Positions 1-9,789 of a DNA stretch of 40,611 nucleotides are shown one piece after another. The notes below the pieces were generated by a model, which saw only the letters and a list, made by a program, of their open reading frames with translations, made no database searches and had not been told where the DNA came from. The first letter of the stretch is position 1, and each line of letters opens with the position of its first letter. The stretch comes from a virus (Duplodnaviria; Caudoviricetes), in the IMG/VR virus record IMGVR_UViG_3300015259_000008, positions 1 to 40,611 of that record, one strand, 5' to 3'. The translations under genes were made by a program, and so were the position numbers.

Positions 1-2
1 CC

Positions 3-3000
3 ATAGGTCAGCCCCATCATGTCCTGGTTGCTAACCATCTTTGCGAAGTTGTCAAGGAGAAAATATCCTGGAACTGCCGTAGCTCCACCGATAGCCCCAG
101 TACTGCCCATTGCCCACAGCAACGGAGTAAGGTCCTTCTGAGCCATCGCGTGCTTGCCGTAGCCGTACATGTTCCAGAGGTAGTGCATCGTCCAGTTCTT
201 GAACAACCCCCAGAACCCGCCGATCGGACCAGTGGTAATAGCTGCGCGGTCTGCTGCTCCGTAGTTGAACATGGTCTTCTCAGTAAAGAGCTTGGCAAAC
301 CTGAGTGCCTCTTCACCACTCTGCCCAAAGAAGTCCTCTGCCGCCCGCTTGCCCATCAAGAACGACCAGAGCCGTGAGAATTCTTCGCTCTTGGCCGGCA
401 TGAACTTGTTGACATTTGCCAGCCAGGTCGAGAAGGAGGTCTGACCACTGCGGACACCTGCTAGTCTCACAGCGTCATCCATCGCCCCAGCAAATTCCTC
501 GACCAACCTCGGAGCAATGGCATCGTTTTCAGCGGCCCAGGTCAGGGCCTTGCGAAGTTCCGGAGTGGGATTCCTGATATCCTTCAGGGCCCTCCAGGCA
601 AACTTCAACGGGTCGAGTGCATGATACGGCCGAATCATTCCCTTGCCATCTCGCAGCAGATGAATGCTGTAGTACGGTGCAAGGATGTTGGTCGGAGCCC
701 GGCCAACGTAGGCAACCTCTGGCATTGCCGCCTGAATCACCGACAGGACATTCAGTGCCGGGAAGCCTACGTCTCCTGCTCCCAACATCAAGTGGAACAT
801 ACCCTGATTCACTGACCGAGTGATCGAGCTCAGAGGCATTCCTACGACGTTAGTAGACACGTCGTCTACCATCTTGCTAAAAGACCCAGGCGGGTCCGCG
901 CCAAAGAGCTTGATGATTGTGTTGCTCAGGGTGTTAGCCGCCAGCGGTGACTCACCCTGGCCCATGTCCAGAGCAGTCTTCCAGAAGCCACCTCCCGGGA
1001 CCACCTCCGGAGTCATACCAGCAAGCCTGGACATTTCCGGCTTGAGGTATTTCCCTCGCAACATCATCTCTCCAACGAAGCGCTCATGCTCCAAGAGAGA
1101 CGAAAAGATTCGGTCCCCGAGTTCCTTCTCTGTAAGAGGCCGAAGGCCAAAGGAGACTCGGTCAGGAAGACTGCTGCCCATCAACCTTCCCGGTACCTTC
1201 GGGCGCTTGTAGAACTGCAGCCTTGTATCCCTCGCCGCGCGGTATCCCGGAGCAGACCGATCCAACTTCGACATGAGCCGGCCATCGAGCTCGGGAGTAT
1301 AAGGGGCCAGGAGCGGGAGATCCACGCGAGACTTCAAGCCTGTACCGGCCTGTACCGGCCAGTGAACCTGGATTCCCTTCTCCTTCAGGGCACCCTTGAT
1401 TGCTTCTGCCTCGCGCATGACTGTGCTACGAGTGCCTCCAGAGGCAATATCTACCATCGCCCCAAGGGTTCCGTCCTTGTTGAGCTGATGGATAGGAAGG
1501 CGCAGGTTCCCCCGGAAGGTCTTGGCGATGTGGTAGTAGGTATCCTTGAAGATCATCTCCGGGCCAGTAAAGCCATAGGCCTCACGGGCCAGGATGAGCT
1601 CACGGTCCTTGTCAAGACGGAGCTTGCGGAGGTGTTCCAAGAGCCGAATCACAGAGCCGTCGAAGCCACTCTGGCTTGCCTCAGCCAGGGTCATTTCGGT
1701 GTCGATTGCCTGAGTCAGCTGTCCCAGCGTCGGAAGGTCATCAGAGTTTCTCTTCGCAACATCCTTCAACAAAGGCAGGATTCCGCCGACCCGCTTCTCG
1801 CCGATCTGCTTGAACAGGCCCCCGGTCCGAGGCTTTCCAGTTGCTCCCTTGGGCAACTTTCCAGCGAACGTATCGACCACCCGCTTGTGCGTCAGCGCAG
1901 CTACACCGCGGGCCGTCTGGAGCATTCGACCTTCAGAAATGGTACTGGCCCTTGCTGTCGAAGGGGCCAGGTACCTCTTGAGCGAAGTCCCCATATTCCG
2001 CGCGCCGACAGCGATGTCGTCTACCAGTTCCTTTGGAAGAAGAGACAGGAATCGCATTTCTCGCTGGGCCTCAGTACCCAGCGAAAGATACATGGCCTCC
2101 GGAGCCAGCATTGCATCGAACAGGGGCTTGGCTTCCTTTGCCAGCCCAATTCCCTCTCCCGGGAGTGTTCGTCCTGAGCCCGTCGGATCTTTGGCCTTGC
2201 CTCGAATCTCGATTCCAGCCACCGCCGGAGAGTCCCGCATGGCAAAAGAGGCCCGCTCCAAGTCCCGCAGCTGAGCATCGTAGTGAGGCAGCAATCCCCG
2301 CGGACTATTCGACTTCAACGTCAGCCAAAGGTCGCCGTCCGACGGAGCTGCCCCGCCACGGATCTTTCGTGCCATGACGAAGAGTCCGTTCTCACCAGTC
2401 TCCCGGCCCATGTACCAGCCCCGGACGGAATCTACAGGCGTAAGGTTCCTCTTGATGGACTGAGCAACCTTCTGAGCTCCTTCCACCCCACGAGGACGAA
2501 CAAGAGTCGGGAACTGCGCATGCTGATGCCAACCAGGCTGAAGTACGTCCTTCAGCCTATTCCCCATCTCCTGCCGCACAGCAGGATCAAGGCCGCGGAC
2601 CTTACCAAGCTCAGAGATCTTGTAGGTCGCGTAGGGGCCTTGAGCTTCTGCTGCCCCGCGGACTCGAGCGAAGAGCTTACCCAGCTGAGCGTTGTCAGTC
2701 TTGTCCTTGCGGAGCCTTCCAATAGGATTGACCTTCGGCCACTCAGTTTCAATGTTCTGCTGGAACCGCTCGATCAGGCCATGAATATTGGCTCGATCAC
2801 CTTCGGAGATCTTGGACCGGAAGGCTTCAGTATTGGAGAAGATCCTTAGCTTGGCCAGCTTCTCCTGAGTAGCCTCTGCCACGTTGTAGTCAGCCATCGT
2901 CTTGGCTGCGAGTTCTTCACCACGAATTGCCAGGGCTTTGGCCGGACGAGACTCAGCAAACGCCCTGAGCCCAGCACCGATAGCGGCGGTAGCCCCGATG

Positions 3001-3626
3001 TTGATAATGCTCTGAGCCGCAATGTCTCGGGCCTGTTGAGCATCCTCGACTGTAGCCGCAGTAGCAATCCGTACAGCTTCGAACGGAGCTACCTGAAGGG
3101 CCTCACGCAAAGCTCCACGGGCGATGGCACTCTGCACTGCCGGAGCCACAGCTGACTCTGCAGCTCCCACACCTAGCCCAGCTACTGTTCGAGCAAAGGC
3201 TGGTCCGATTCGCGGGATAGCCCTGAGTCCAGTACTGGCCAACCCCGCGCCCGCGGCGTAGCCTCCAAGCATACCTGCAAGCTGAGTTCCAAGCCCAATC
3301 CCAGGGTGCTCAGAACGAAATGCCTGCACGCCCTCACTCGGACGCATCCCAAGCGTCTCAGGAACCAGGGCAGACAAGAAGCTCTTGCCGGTACCCAGCC
3401 AGACATTTTCCTCAGGCTCCACAGCCGGAGCAATATCCGGCATCGGCTGGGCTACCTGGAGAAAGTCCATCGGCCCAGGGATATTCAGCCCAGGAATTGC
3501 CGGGGACGCCGACTTCCCCTGCTGCAGGGAGTACCTGATCGCTGACACTACGTCTGGCGACATAAGTACCTGTGGCGTCATACCAGCAGGTAGCATCGGT
3601 ACTTCTCGCAGATAGTCGTCAGCCAT
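3..3626 (-). CDS. Large internal virion (DNA ejection) protein, 3' end truncated by the window edge
   Basis: Absent from the ORF track because it has no stop in the window. ATG at 3626 (MADDYLREVPMLPAG...), 3 nt after the upstream stop. The same frame was checked at 1320-1380 and 3-23 (...NQDMMGLTY). Ala/Gly-rich helical sequence, last in the ejection-gene block like T7 gp16 or P22 gp16. Confidence 0.75.
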   Translation of the reverse strand, partial: MADDYLREVPMLPAGMTPQVLMSPDVVSAIRYSLQQGKSASPAIPGLNIPGPMDFLQVAQPMPDIAPAVEPEENVWLGTGKSFLSALVPETLGMRPSEGVQAFRSEHPGIGLGTQLAGMLGGYAAGAGLASTGLRAIPRIGPAFARTVAGLGVGAAESAVAPAVQSAIARGALREALQVAPFEAVRIATAATVEDAQQARDIAAQSIINIGATAAIGAGLRAFAESRPAKALAIRGEELAAKTMADYNVAEATQEKLAKLRIFSNTEAFRSKISEGDRANIHGLIERFQQNIETEWPKVNPIGRLRKDKTDNAQLGKLFARVRGAAEAQGPYATYKISELGKVRGLDPAVRQEMGNRLKDVLQPGWHQHAQFPTLVRPRGVEGAQKVAQSIKRNLTPVDSVRGWYMGRETGENGLFVMARKIRGGAAPSDGDLWLTLKSNSPRGLLPHYDAQLRDLERASFAMRDSPAVAGIEIRGKAKDPTGSGRTLPGEGIGLAKEAKPLFDAMLAPEAMYLSLGTEAQREMRFLSLLPKELVDDIAVGARNMGTSLKRYLAPSTARASTISEGRMLQTARGVAALTHKRVVDTFAGKLPKGATGKPRTGGLFKQIGEKRVGGILPLLKDVAKRNSDDLPTLGQLTQAIDTEMTLAEASQSGFDGSVIRLLEHLRKLRLDKDRELILAREAYGFTGPEMIFKDTYYHIAKTFRGNLRLPIHQLNKDGTLGAMVDIASGGTRSTVMREAEAIKGALKEKGIQVHWPVQAGTGLKSRVDLPLLAPYTPELDGRLMSKLDRSAPGYRAARDTRLQFYKRPKVPGRLMGSSLPDRVSFGLRPLTEKELGDRIFSSLLEHERFVGEMMLRGKYLKPEMSRLAGMTPEVVPGGGFWKTALDMGQGESPLAANTLSNTIIKLFGADPPGSFSKMVDDVSTNVVGMPLSSITRSVNQGMFHLMLGAGDVGFPALNVLSVIQAAMPEVAYVGRAPTNILAPYYSIHLLRDGKGMIRPYHALDPLKFAWRALKDIRNPTPELRKALTWAAENDAIAPRLVEEFAGAMDDAVRLAGVRSGQTSFSTWLANVNKFMPAKSEEFSRLWSFLMGKRAAEDFFGQSGEEALRFAKLFTEKTMFNYGAADRAAITTGPIGGFWGLFKNWTMHYLWNMYGYGKHAMAQKDLTPLLWAMGSTGAIGGATAVPGYFLLDNFAKMVSNQDMMGLTY

Positions 3627-3629
3627 GTT

Positions 3630-5183
3630 CTACCTGACTCTTTCGATTGTAAGCTGGGGTTCGCGCTCAGCTGGAGACAAGATGGGGCCGAGGCCTTGGA
3701 TGAGATCCATCTCAATCTCATCTTCGAGCTTCGAGCCTACTGGAGGCTCCTGAGGGGTCGGAGTGAGGGGTTTTCCAAGAGGGAACTGGTAGGCCCCTCT
3801 TCCTGCCGCCGCTCGGCCGAACATCCCAATGCCCTGGTTGACACCGATATAGGCATTGACCGCGGCCTCGAAGGCATCCGGCTTCATCATCTCCAGATTC
3901 GGATTGCGGCGCTTGATCTCTTCCTGTGCCTGCTGAATCACCACTTCACCCTCAGAAGTATAACGATTTTGCTCCAGCCACAGAAGCCCAGCGGAGATCG
4001 CATTCGCCAGCACCGGATCGTTGATCGTAGCCTTGAGAGCTCCCTGTCCCAGGGTCACTGTAGATCCTGTGGCTCCCATTGCCTTCATGAGGTTGGCCTG
4101 GGCTACAATACCAGCAACCTGGTCTTCGAGCTCGTTGATGACAAAGGACTGAGGAGGCAGAATAAGCCCTCCTTGAGAGTCCTTGTTGACAATCATCAGC
4201 CGATTCCCAGCCACTCCAACGTAGGGCTGCGTCAACTCAGCATGACGCATAGCCTCGTTTGACTGAAGCTTGGCCTCTTCCATCTGGATCTGAGCCTTGG
4301 CAATTTCGAAGCTGTTCAGCGCCGACTGCTGCTGCATCTCGAAGTTGCGCTCGGCCATCTCTACGTTGGAAGCAATTTCCAGCCGCTTGAGCTTGACATC
4401 TTCCTGCCGGGCTTCGTATCGCTCCAGTCGATCGAGATACTCGTTGTTGACCTGAGCTCGTCCCTGTAGAGCCCCAGCACCGGCCAGTGCCAGAGCCTGC
4501 GGAAGGTCTCGGCCACTTGCCGCACCCAGGGCTGCGTACATGACAGCCGCTCGGACGTTTTCTCGAGTTGTCGGCATCTCAGGAGCTGTGCCGGCAGATA
4601 GGGACTCTGCCAAGGCCTCGGTCTTGGAGAAGTCCGGAGGTGCGAATTCCGGCCTCGTCAAGGCATCAGCGAAAGATCCGACAGGCTGCCGAAAGCTGTT
4701 GGCAGCATCTGCTCCAGGAACCGGGATCGACGGCGAGACCGGCCCATACGACACGCCAGGAGCCCCTACGCCGGGCGATCCCGCCGGGGCGATACCCAAG
4801 GCCTCCGGAGGCACCGATCGTGCCAGGGCGGGGTTTACTTCGGGCACCCCGGCCAGCCCACCGACGATGTCGGTCAGGGACTTGTCATCCATGGACTTGA
4901 ACCACGGCGGGAGCTGCGAGGAGATTCTCTCCTTGGCGGCTCCAAGGATATTTCCCCCGATCCTGCCATAGGTTCCACCCAGCTGCCCAAGCATCTCCTG
5001 GGCTTGCTGGTAGTCCGCCGCAGAAACGTCTGGCCCCTGCGGAACAGGCGTCTGCTGTAGAGCCTGCAGAATCGCCGCCAGCTGACTCGGCCCCTGAATC
5101 ACCGCGGGGCTAACACTTGGACGCCGCATGATTTCTGCCAGCGGCGGAGCAGGGATCAAGTCCGGACGAAGCGGGTTTGCCAT
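3630..5183 (-). CDS. Putative internal virion/ejection protein (517 aa)
   Basis: AGGAG RBS; Pro/Gln/Ala-rich with a coiled-coil stretch and a hydrophobic Gly/Ala segment (AALGAASG...LALAGAGALQG); lies between the pilot-like gene and the large ejection gene. Confidence 0.6.
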   Translation of the reverse strand: MANPLRPDLIPAPPLAEIMRRPSVSPAVIQGPSQLAAILQALQQTPVPQGPDVSAADYQQAQEMLGQLGGTYGRIGGNILGAAKERISSQLPPWFKSMDDKSLTDIVGGLAGVPEVNPALARSVPPEALGIAPAGSPGVGAPGVSYGPVSPSIPVPGADAANSFRQPVGSFADALTRPEFAPPDFSKTEALAESLSAGTAPEMPTTRENVRAAVMYAALGAASGRDLPQALALAGAGALQGRAQVNNEYLDRLERYEARQEDVKLKRLEIASNVEMAERNFEMQQQSALNSFEIAKAQIQMEEAKLQSNEAMRHAELTQPYVGVAGNRLMIVNKDSQGGLILPPQSFVINELEDQVAGIVAQANLMKAMGATGSTVTLGQGALKATINDPVLANAISAGLLWLEQNRYTSEGEVVIQQAQEEIKRRNPNLEMMKPDAFEAAVNAYIGVNQGIGMFGRAAAGRGAYQFPLGKPLTPTPQEPPVGSKLEDEIEMDLIQGLGPILSPAEREPQLTIERVR

Positions 5184-5192
5184 GAAGATCTC

Positions 5193-5963
5193 CTAGAGAA
5201 GGCCACCAGCAAGACCAAGAACACCCTGCAAAATTCCCATGCCGCCACCGCCACCAGTCGAAGCTGCACCGGGCTTCTGCGGGACGCCAGTGGTACCGAA
5301 GAGGTTCTGGTACGGGGCCTGCCGGCGCAGGATTTCCTGGATCTGTTCTTCGAAGGACATCTTGGCCGGGTCAACCTCAGTTTCCTCGACCAGTTGCCTT
5401 TGAGTTGTACCGATCTCACCAAGGAGCCGAGCCGGAGTCTCTTCGAGTCCCAGAGCTCCAGCAAGCATCTCCGGGGCTACCTGAGTCTGGATTCCTTCTC
5501 GCCTTCCAAGTTCCTCCAGAGCCGCCTTGGAAGTCATGTCAGACAACACCCTGTTGACGTTGGTGTTGATGTTGCCTTCCTGAATTCCGTAGGCTCGCTC
5601 ACCGAGCTCGGCGCCTGACCCAGCCGCCATAGACCGGGCTCGGTTCAGCTCATCGGCTCGAGCCTCATTCACCGGGTTTGATGCGGCCTGGATTGCGTTC
5701 AGGAACACTTGATCAGTGTTGAGATTGAGGTAGTTCGGATCGAGGTACCTCAAGGCAGCATCCTTGACCAACCCAGCAGGATTGTTGGCCATGCGGCTCC
5801 GAGCCAGGGTCTCCAACCCACCCAAGGCTTCGGTCTGCCTCGGGTCAATCGGAGCGACCCAGGGGCCCTGGTAAGGCCCGATGGCTCCGATGTCAGTACC
5901 AGCTTGGCGCGTGACATCAGCAAATTCGCCAAGGGGCTTCTTGAGCTGCTTGATGATTCCCAT
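5193..5963 (-). CDS. Putative DNA-transfer/pilot ejection protein (256 aa)
   Basis: AGGAG RBS; PYQGPWVAP motif, Gln/Ala-rich helices and a C-terminal Gly-rich hydrophobic tail (GGGGGMGILQGVLGLAGGLL), as in podovirus pilot proteins. Confidence 0.6.
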   Translation of the reverse strand: MGIIKQLKKPLGEFADVTRQAGTDIGAIGPYQGPWVAPIDPRQTEALGGLETLARSRMANNPAGLVKDAALRYLDPNYLNLNTDQVFLNAIQAASNPVNEARADELNRARSMAAGSGAELGERAYGIQEGNINTNVNRVLSDMTSKAALEELGRREGIQTQVAPEMLAGALGLEETPARLLGEIGTTQRQLVEETEVDPAKMSFEEQIQEILRRQAPYQNLFGTTGVPQKPGAASTGGGGGMGILQGVLGLAGGLL

Positions 5964-5972
5964 GCTGTCTCC

Positions 5973-6548
5973 TTACGCAGGTCCGCCGAGAAATAGCTGA
6001 GCCCAAGTGTCGATCCCAGCGTCGATCACTGAGGTACCTGCGCCAGTTCGTGTGACTATGATCTCGAAGTAGTCTCCAGCATTAACTTCACACCAAGGGC
6101 TGAAGGCTTGAACAATCCTTGTCTGGCCAATTGCAAGAGGATACTTTACCGATCCTCTAGGATCTGGAGCTGCTCCATTCTTGTGAATCTGTACGAGTAG
6201 TTCATTGACTGCTGCTCCAGGGTCTGTCAATGATAGCTGAACGTGAACCTGAGCATGACCATACTTGATCAGTCCTGCTCGCTCAGGAACAGTCAGTCTA
6301 GTAGGGTTGGCTACAACCCAGATTCCGTTGGTATTATCGTACTTCAGCACCTCCCAAGGAATACCAACGCCAGTAGGAGTGTAGTCATTCGTACGCTCAA
6401 CTTGGCCATACTCGAAGAATGGAAGAAGCATCGAAGTGGCCAAGAGCTGCCGAGTCAGCTCGACATTGAGCTGCCGAGCCCAATCCTTCCAGTCTCCGAA
6501 AGAGCTCGGCTCCGGAAGGAGTCTTACTCCTGTTGCGCGCTTGATCAA
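5973..6548 (-). CDS. Tail-associated virion protein (191 aa)
   Basis: Overlaps the stop of the upstream gene; short N-terminal helix (DWKDWARQLNVEL) followed by a beta-rich, C1q/TNF-like-looking domain; follows the nozzle genes. Confidence 0.5.
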   Translation of the reverse strand: MIKRATGVRLLPEPSSFGDWKDWARQLNVELTRQLLATSMLLPFFEYGQVERTNDYTPTGVGIPWEVLKYDNTNGIWVVANPTRLTVPERAGLIKYGHAQVHVQLSLTDPGAAVNELLVQIHKNGAAPDPRGSVKYPLAIGQTRIVQAFSPWCEVNAGDYFEIIVTRTGAGTSVIDAGIDTWAQLFLGGPA

Positions 6549-8443
6549 GCTCTAGCTCCAGCCGGAACCCCAAAGATCTCAAACGCAGTCAGAGACCAGC
6601 GGGTGGATGAGTAGTTATCAGAGAGGATAAAGCTGTAGTACCGCTTGTTAGGTAGACGCATCATTACTACACCGTCGTCATCGACTGTGAATTGACCGTA
6701 GCTAACAAGTGGATCTGTAAGCTTATCCCGAGCAAACATCTCAACAGTCATAAGACCTGAAGATGGAATATTCAGCTCAAATCGAATTCCTTGTACGGAC
6801 TTTCGCCGAATGCTGTCCCGGGTATAGTTACCACTGGCATCAGCCCCAACAAAATCCAGGTCCTTGGTCTGTATGAAGGCCAGTCCAGTATCACCAGAAA
6901 CACCCAAGGTCACGACTGTCCCATCAGGCCTAATCAGCCTGATGATGATCTGCTCCTCCTGGTTAGTTACTACAGGGGCATCCATCGGATCAAGTTCGCT
7001 CTCGGTAGGAGTGATGAATACCTTAGACTTAATTGCAGTTAGGTCGAAGGTAGCATCACCAGCCGAGCGAGAGTCGATAATGAAGCGAAGCCTGTCTCCT
7101 GTATTCATGTGCAGCGATACGTCGAAGTCTATAACGCCAGGACCGGCAGCAAAGACGTTAGCTACATCAATCGTATAGCTACCAGATAGGATTTCTCCTT
7201 GGAAGAGCAGCTGATTTTCTGAGACAATCGAGCAGCGAACACCGTCACCAGCTGTTTCGATGTTGTTGGCTCGAGCAAATGCCCCAACAAACTGATGAAG
7301 ACCGGACTCACGTGCTACGTAGACCTGACTTGCTCCATCAGTAGGGGATGGATGCATTACTATGTAGCCGCGGTTCCTGTCATGTAGGACACAGGGTAGA
7401 CTTGAAGGACTTGAACCCCAACGAGGTCCGTCGAAGGTGGTTCCGCCTGAGCCCGAAGCAAGAGCGGAAAACCCTTGCGGAGGTAGTACGGCTTGCGTTC
7501 GAGCATTCTCGTACTGAAAGCCAGTAAACATCCAGCGAGGAACCAGATGCTCTCTGTAGACTGAAGTATTGCCAACAATGATAGTCAGCTTACCGGTCTC
7601 AGCCTGCGGAGTCCAGCCATGGTTAGTGTCTGTAGACTCATACAAGTACCCAGTTCGCCAGTCATTAAGCTCATGCCAGTTGGTTCCATCCCAAACCCTG
7701 ACATGAGAATATCTGAACTGCAACGGATCATAAGACAGATCCGGAACACCAGGATGATTCGTGAAGTTCTCAGGGATCAGCTCGAAGGGATGTGATGCGC
7801 GCAGACTTGGTATGCGCGCAGCAGGCATGTACAGAACTCCAATGCTATTGAAGGGAGCATCGTTGATGGAGATTTTTATCCTCCAACGAGCAAAATCCCC
7901 AATCAGTGGAATCCAATTCCCACTGAGATCCCGGAAGTAGTTACCCACAGGATCTGTAACAAACCCGATCAGCTGAGTAAAAACTCTAAGCTTGAGCGGG
8001 AGTGGATTCAGCGGATACAAGCCTTTCGCTGCAAAGAAGTAGGGCCAGACTACTCCAGTGTAGTCACCATCAAGCCACAGTCTTTGCCACAAAGGGTCGA
8101 TTGTAGGATCAGCTTCAAGCAACAACCCATTGGGCTCAGGTACAGACAAGCCTGAGAACTGAGCGCTAGCCCCAAACCCCAAAGCCTCGTCAAACTCGAA
8201 GATAGCGCCGTAGAAGTCATTAGGAATCGTTCCTAGCTTGGGTCGGTTATTTGGAGTATGGGTAACGAACTTGTAGTCAGCTCCGTTATGAGGGATAGGA
8301 AAAGCAAAGACTGAGCGGAAGGTGAAGTCCGCGTGGCTCTCAATGATTTCCTGGGTCCACTCGATGGCTGTAAGGTTAGTAGAACCTGCCGGCCACGGCA
8401 AGTTTCTCGGGGCGATTCTAGTTGCGCCGTTAGTCGTAGCCAT
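6545..8443 (-). CDS. Tail protein (632 aa): beta-rich N-terminal region plus a nozzle-type C-terminal domain
   Basis: The last ~115 aa (AFIQTKDLDF...RKSVQGIRF...KRYYSFILSD...WSLTAFEIFGVPAGAR) resemble the C-terminal domain of podovirus stabilisation/nozzle proteins; lower GC than the head genes. Confidence 0.5.
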   Translation of the reverse strand: MATTNGATRIAPRNLPWPAGSTNLTAIEWTQEIIESHADFTFRSVFAFPIPHNGADYKFVTHTPNNRPKLGTIPNDFYGAIFEFDEALGFGASAQFSGLSVPEPNGLLLEADPTIDPLWQRLWLDGDYTGVVWPYFFAAKGLYPLNPLPLKLRVFTQLIGFVTDPVGNYFRDLSGNWIPLIGDFARWRIKISINDAPFNSIGVLYMPAARIPSLRASHPFELIPENFTNHPGVPDLSYDPLQFRYSHVRVWDGTNWHELNDWRTGYLYESTDTNHGWTPQAETGKLTIIVGNTSVYREHLVPRWMFTGFQYENARTQAVLPPQGFSALASGSGGTTFDGPRWGSSPSSLPCVLHDRNRGYIVMHPSPTDGASQVYVARESGLHQFVGAFARANNIETAGDGVRCSIVSENQLLFQGEILSGSYTIDVANVFAAGPGVIDFDVSLHMNTGDRLRFIIDSRSAGDATFDLTAIKSKVFITPTESELDPMDAPVVTNQEEQIIIRLIRPDGTVVTLGVSGDTGLAFIQTKDLDFVGADASGNYTRDSIRRKSVQGIRFELNIPSSGLMTVEMFARDKLTDPLVSYGQFTVDDDGVVMMRLPNKRYYSFILSDNYSSTRWSLTAFEIFGVPAGARA

Positions 8444-8445
8444 AG

Positions 8446-9789
8446 CTAACCTTGACCACTCCAGCGGCCACCGTATCCAAGTCGGCCATAGCCACCCTGG
8501 CCATACCCAAGATTAAGGGCTGCAGTGGCGCTTACAGGAATCGGTACAACATCTGTAGGACTTGACCCAACTCCAAGAAAGGACTGCCGGTAGACGTCAC
8601 CAGTCAGCGAACCAGTAATGCCGTAGTCAAAAGCCTCCATGATACTGGCAGCTGACCTAACGTACCCAGGAATATGTACAGTCCCTCTGGAATAGTCAAA
8701 AGCTATAGATGAATTGATAACCGCCGACCCATCTGCAGGGAAAAACCACATGACTCGCTCCTGGCTCGGGTCATGCCAGGCAACAGTCTTAGAAGACTGT
8801 TCTTTGTTCAGACGTCTGAACATCCAGTCACGAACCAGAGGGTGGTCGATATACTGGAATTGAGTACCATCTGAACGCCAAATACCCTGAGGCCCAGCGC
8901 CGAAGTGCACGCGCCCAACAGGCACTACTGCGTGGTGTCCTAGCGCACCGATGCCATACTGAGTCCGAACGTTGCCGAACCACAGTGGATCACCGATGAA
9001 CTGAATAAGATGCTGAGTCGTCAGCGTATAAGCCGCTGCGCCATCAAGCATCGGATGAGCAGAGATGATCGGGCTGGGAGCATCTCTTAGCAGCAAGCTT
9101 CCAGCGGCGTTGGTCCGCTTCGGAAGCCAATCGAAGATGTTATTCTGGTCACACCACCAAACATACTGCTCCCCCTCAGGAATCTCATTCTCCGACGAGG
9201 GAGTAGCATGGAGATGGTGCGTAAAAGCCAGCATACTTCCACGCGCGCGAACGAGGAAGTGAGGCTTGAACGGGACCCCTGCGGCTACGTGAGCTGTAGG
9301 CTCGAAGTAAGACACCCCTCCAGGCGGGGTACTGATCTTCAGGAAGTCTGCGTTGGAAGGCTTGTGATACTGGAGTTCATCGCGCCCATTGGCAGCGATC
9401 ATCCACTCACCCCAGGACTGGAAGCTCCATCGAGTAGCTAGCTGGTCACCACTCTGATTTATAACCCCTGTGTAGGCTCCGCCTGCCGCCCGTGAGACGT
9501 TGTCAACCTCAGTGCCAGGCGTAGCCTGGAGGTCTACTCTCCACAGCTTGGTCGGAGTGCCGTAGTACAGTATCGGCCGACCACCACGCTCGGACTCACC
9601 GAAGCCAATAATGATATCAGCCTCGGGCTTGGAAAACAGCAGCAACTGCCCAGGCTCAGGCCGCAATGCACCATCTCTGAAAATGACATTTCTGCCATCA
9701 ATCCAGAGTGCATTGGCATCATGGACCACTGCCGGCTGAATGCCGGTGAGGATTTCCTCAGGCCCAAACCTGACCAGTGTTCTCTTCAT
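8446..9789 (-). CDS. Tail nozzle / DNA stabilisation protein (P22 gp10-like beta-propeller), apparently lacking its usual C-terminal domain
   Basis: Motifs WIDGRNVIF, WSFQSWGEWMIAANG, WWCDQNNIFDWLP..TNAAG, GIWRSDG, VMWFFP; position in the tail module. Confidence 0.7.
   Translation of the reverse strand: MKRTLVRFGPEEILTGIQPAVVHDANALWIDGRNVIFRDGALRPEPGQLLLFSKPEADIIIGFGESERGGRPILYYGTPTKLWRVDLQATPGTEVDNVSRAAGGAYTGVINQSGDQLATRWSFQSWGEWMIAANGRDELQYHKPSNADFLKISTPPGGVSYFEPTAHVAAGVPFKPHFLVRARGSMLAFTHHLHATPSSENEIPEGEQYVWWCDQNNIFDWLPKRTNAAGSLLLRDAPSPIISAHPMLDGAAAYTLTTQHLIQFIGDPLWFGNVRTQYGIGALGHHAVVPVGRVHFGAGPQGIWRSDGTQFQYIDHPLVRDWMFRRLNKEQSSKTVAWHDPSQERVMWFFPADGSAVINSSIAFDYSRGTVHIPGYVRSAASIMEAFDYGITGSLTGDVYRQSFLGVGSSPTDVVPIPVSATAALNLGYGQGGYGRLGYGGRWSGQG

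Noticed and set aside
1339-1360. 10-bp tandem duplication TGTACCGGCC as a frameshift or pseudogene signal
   Set aside because: The minus-strand frame reads through it (HWPVQAGTGLK) and stays in phase to the window edge.
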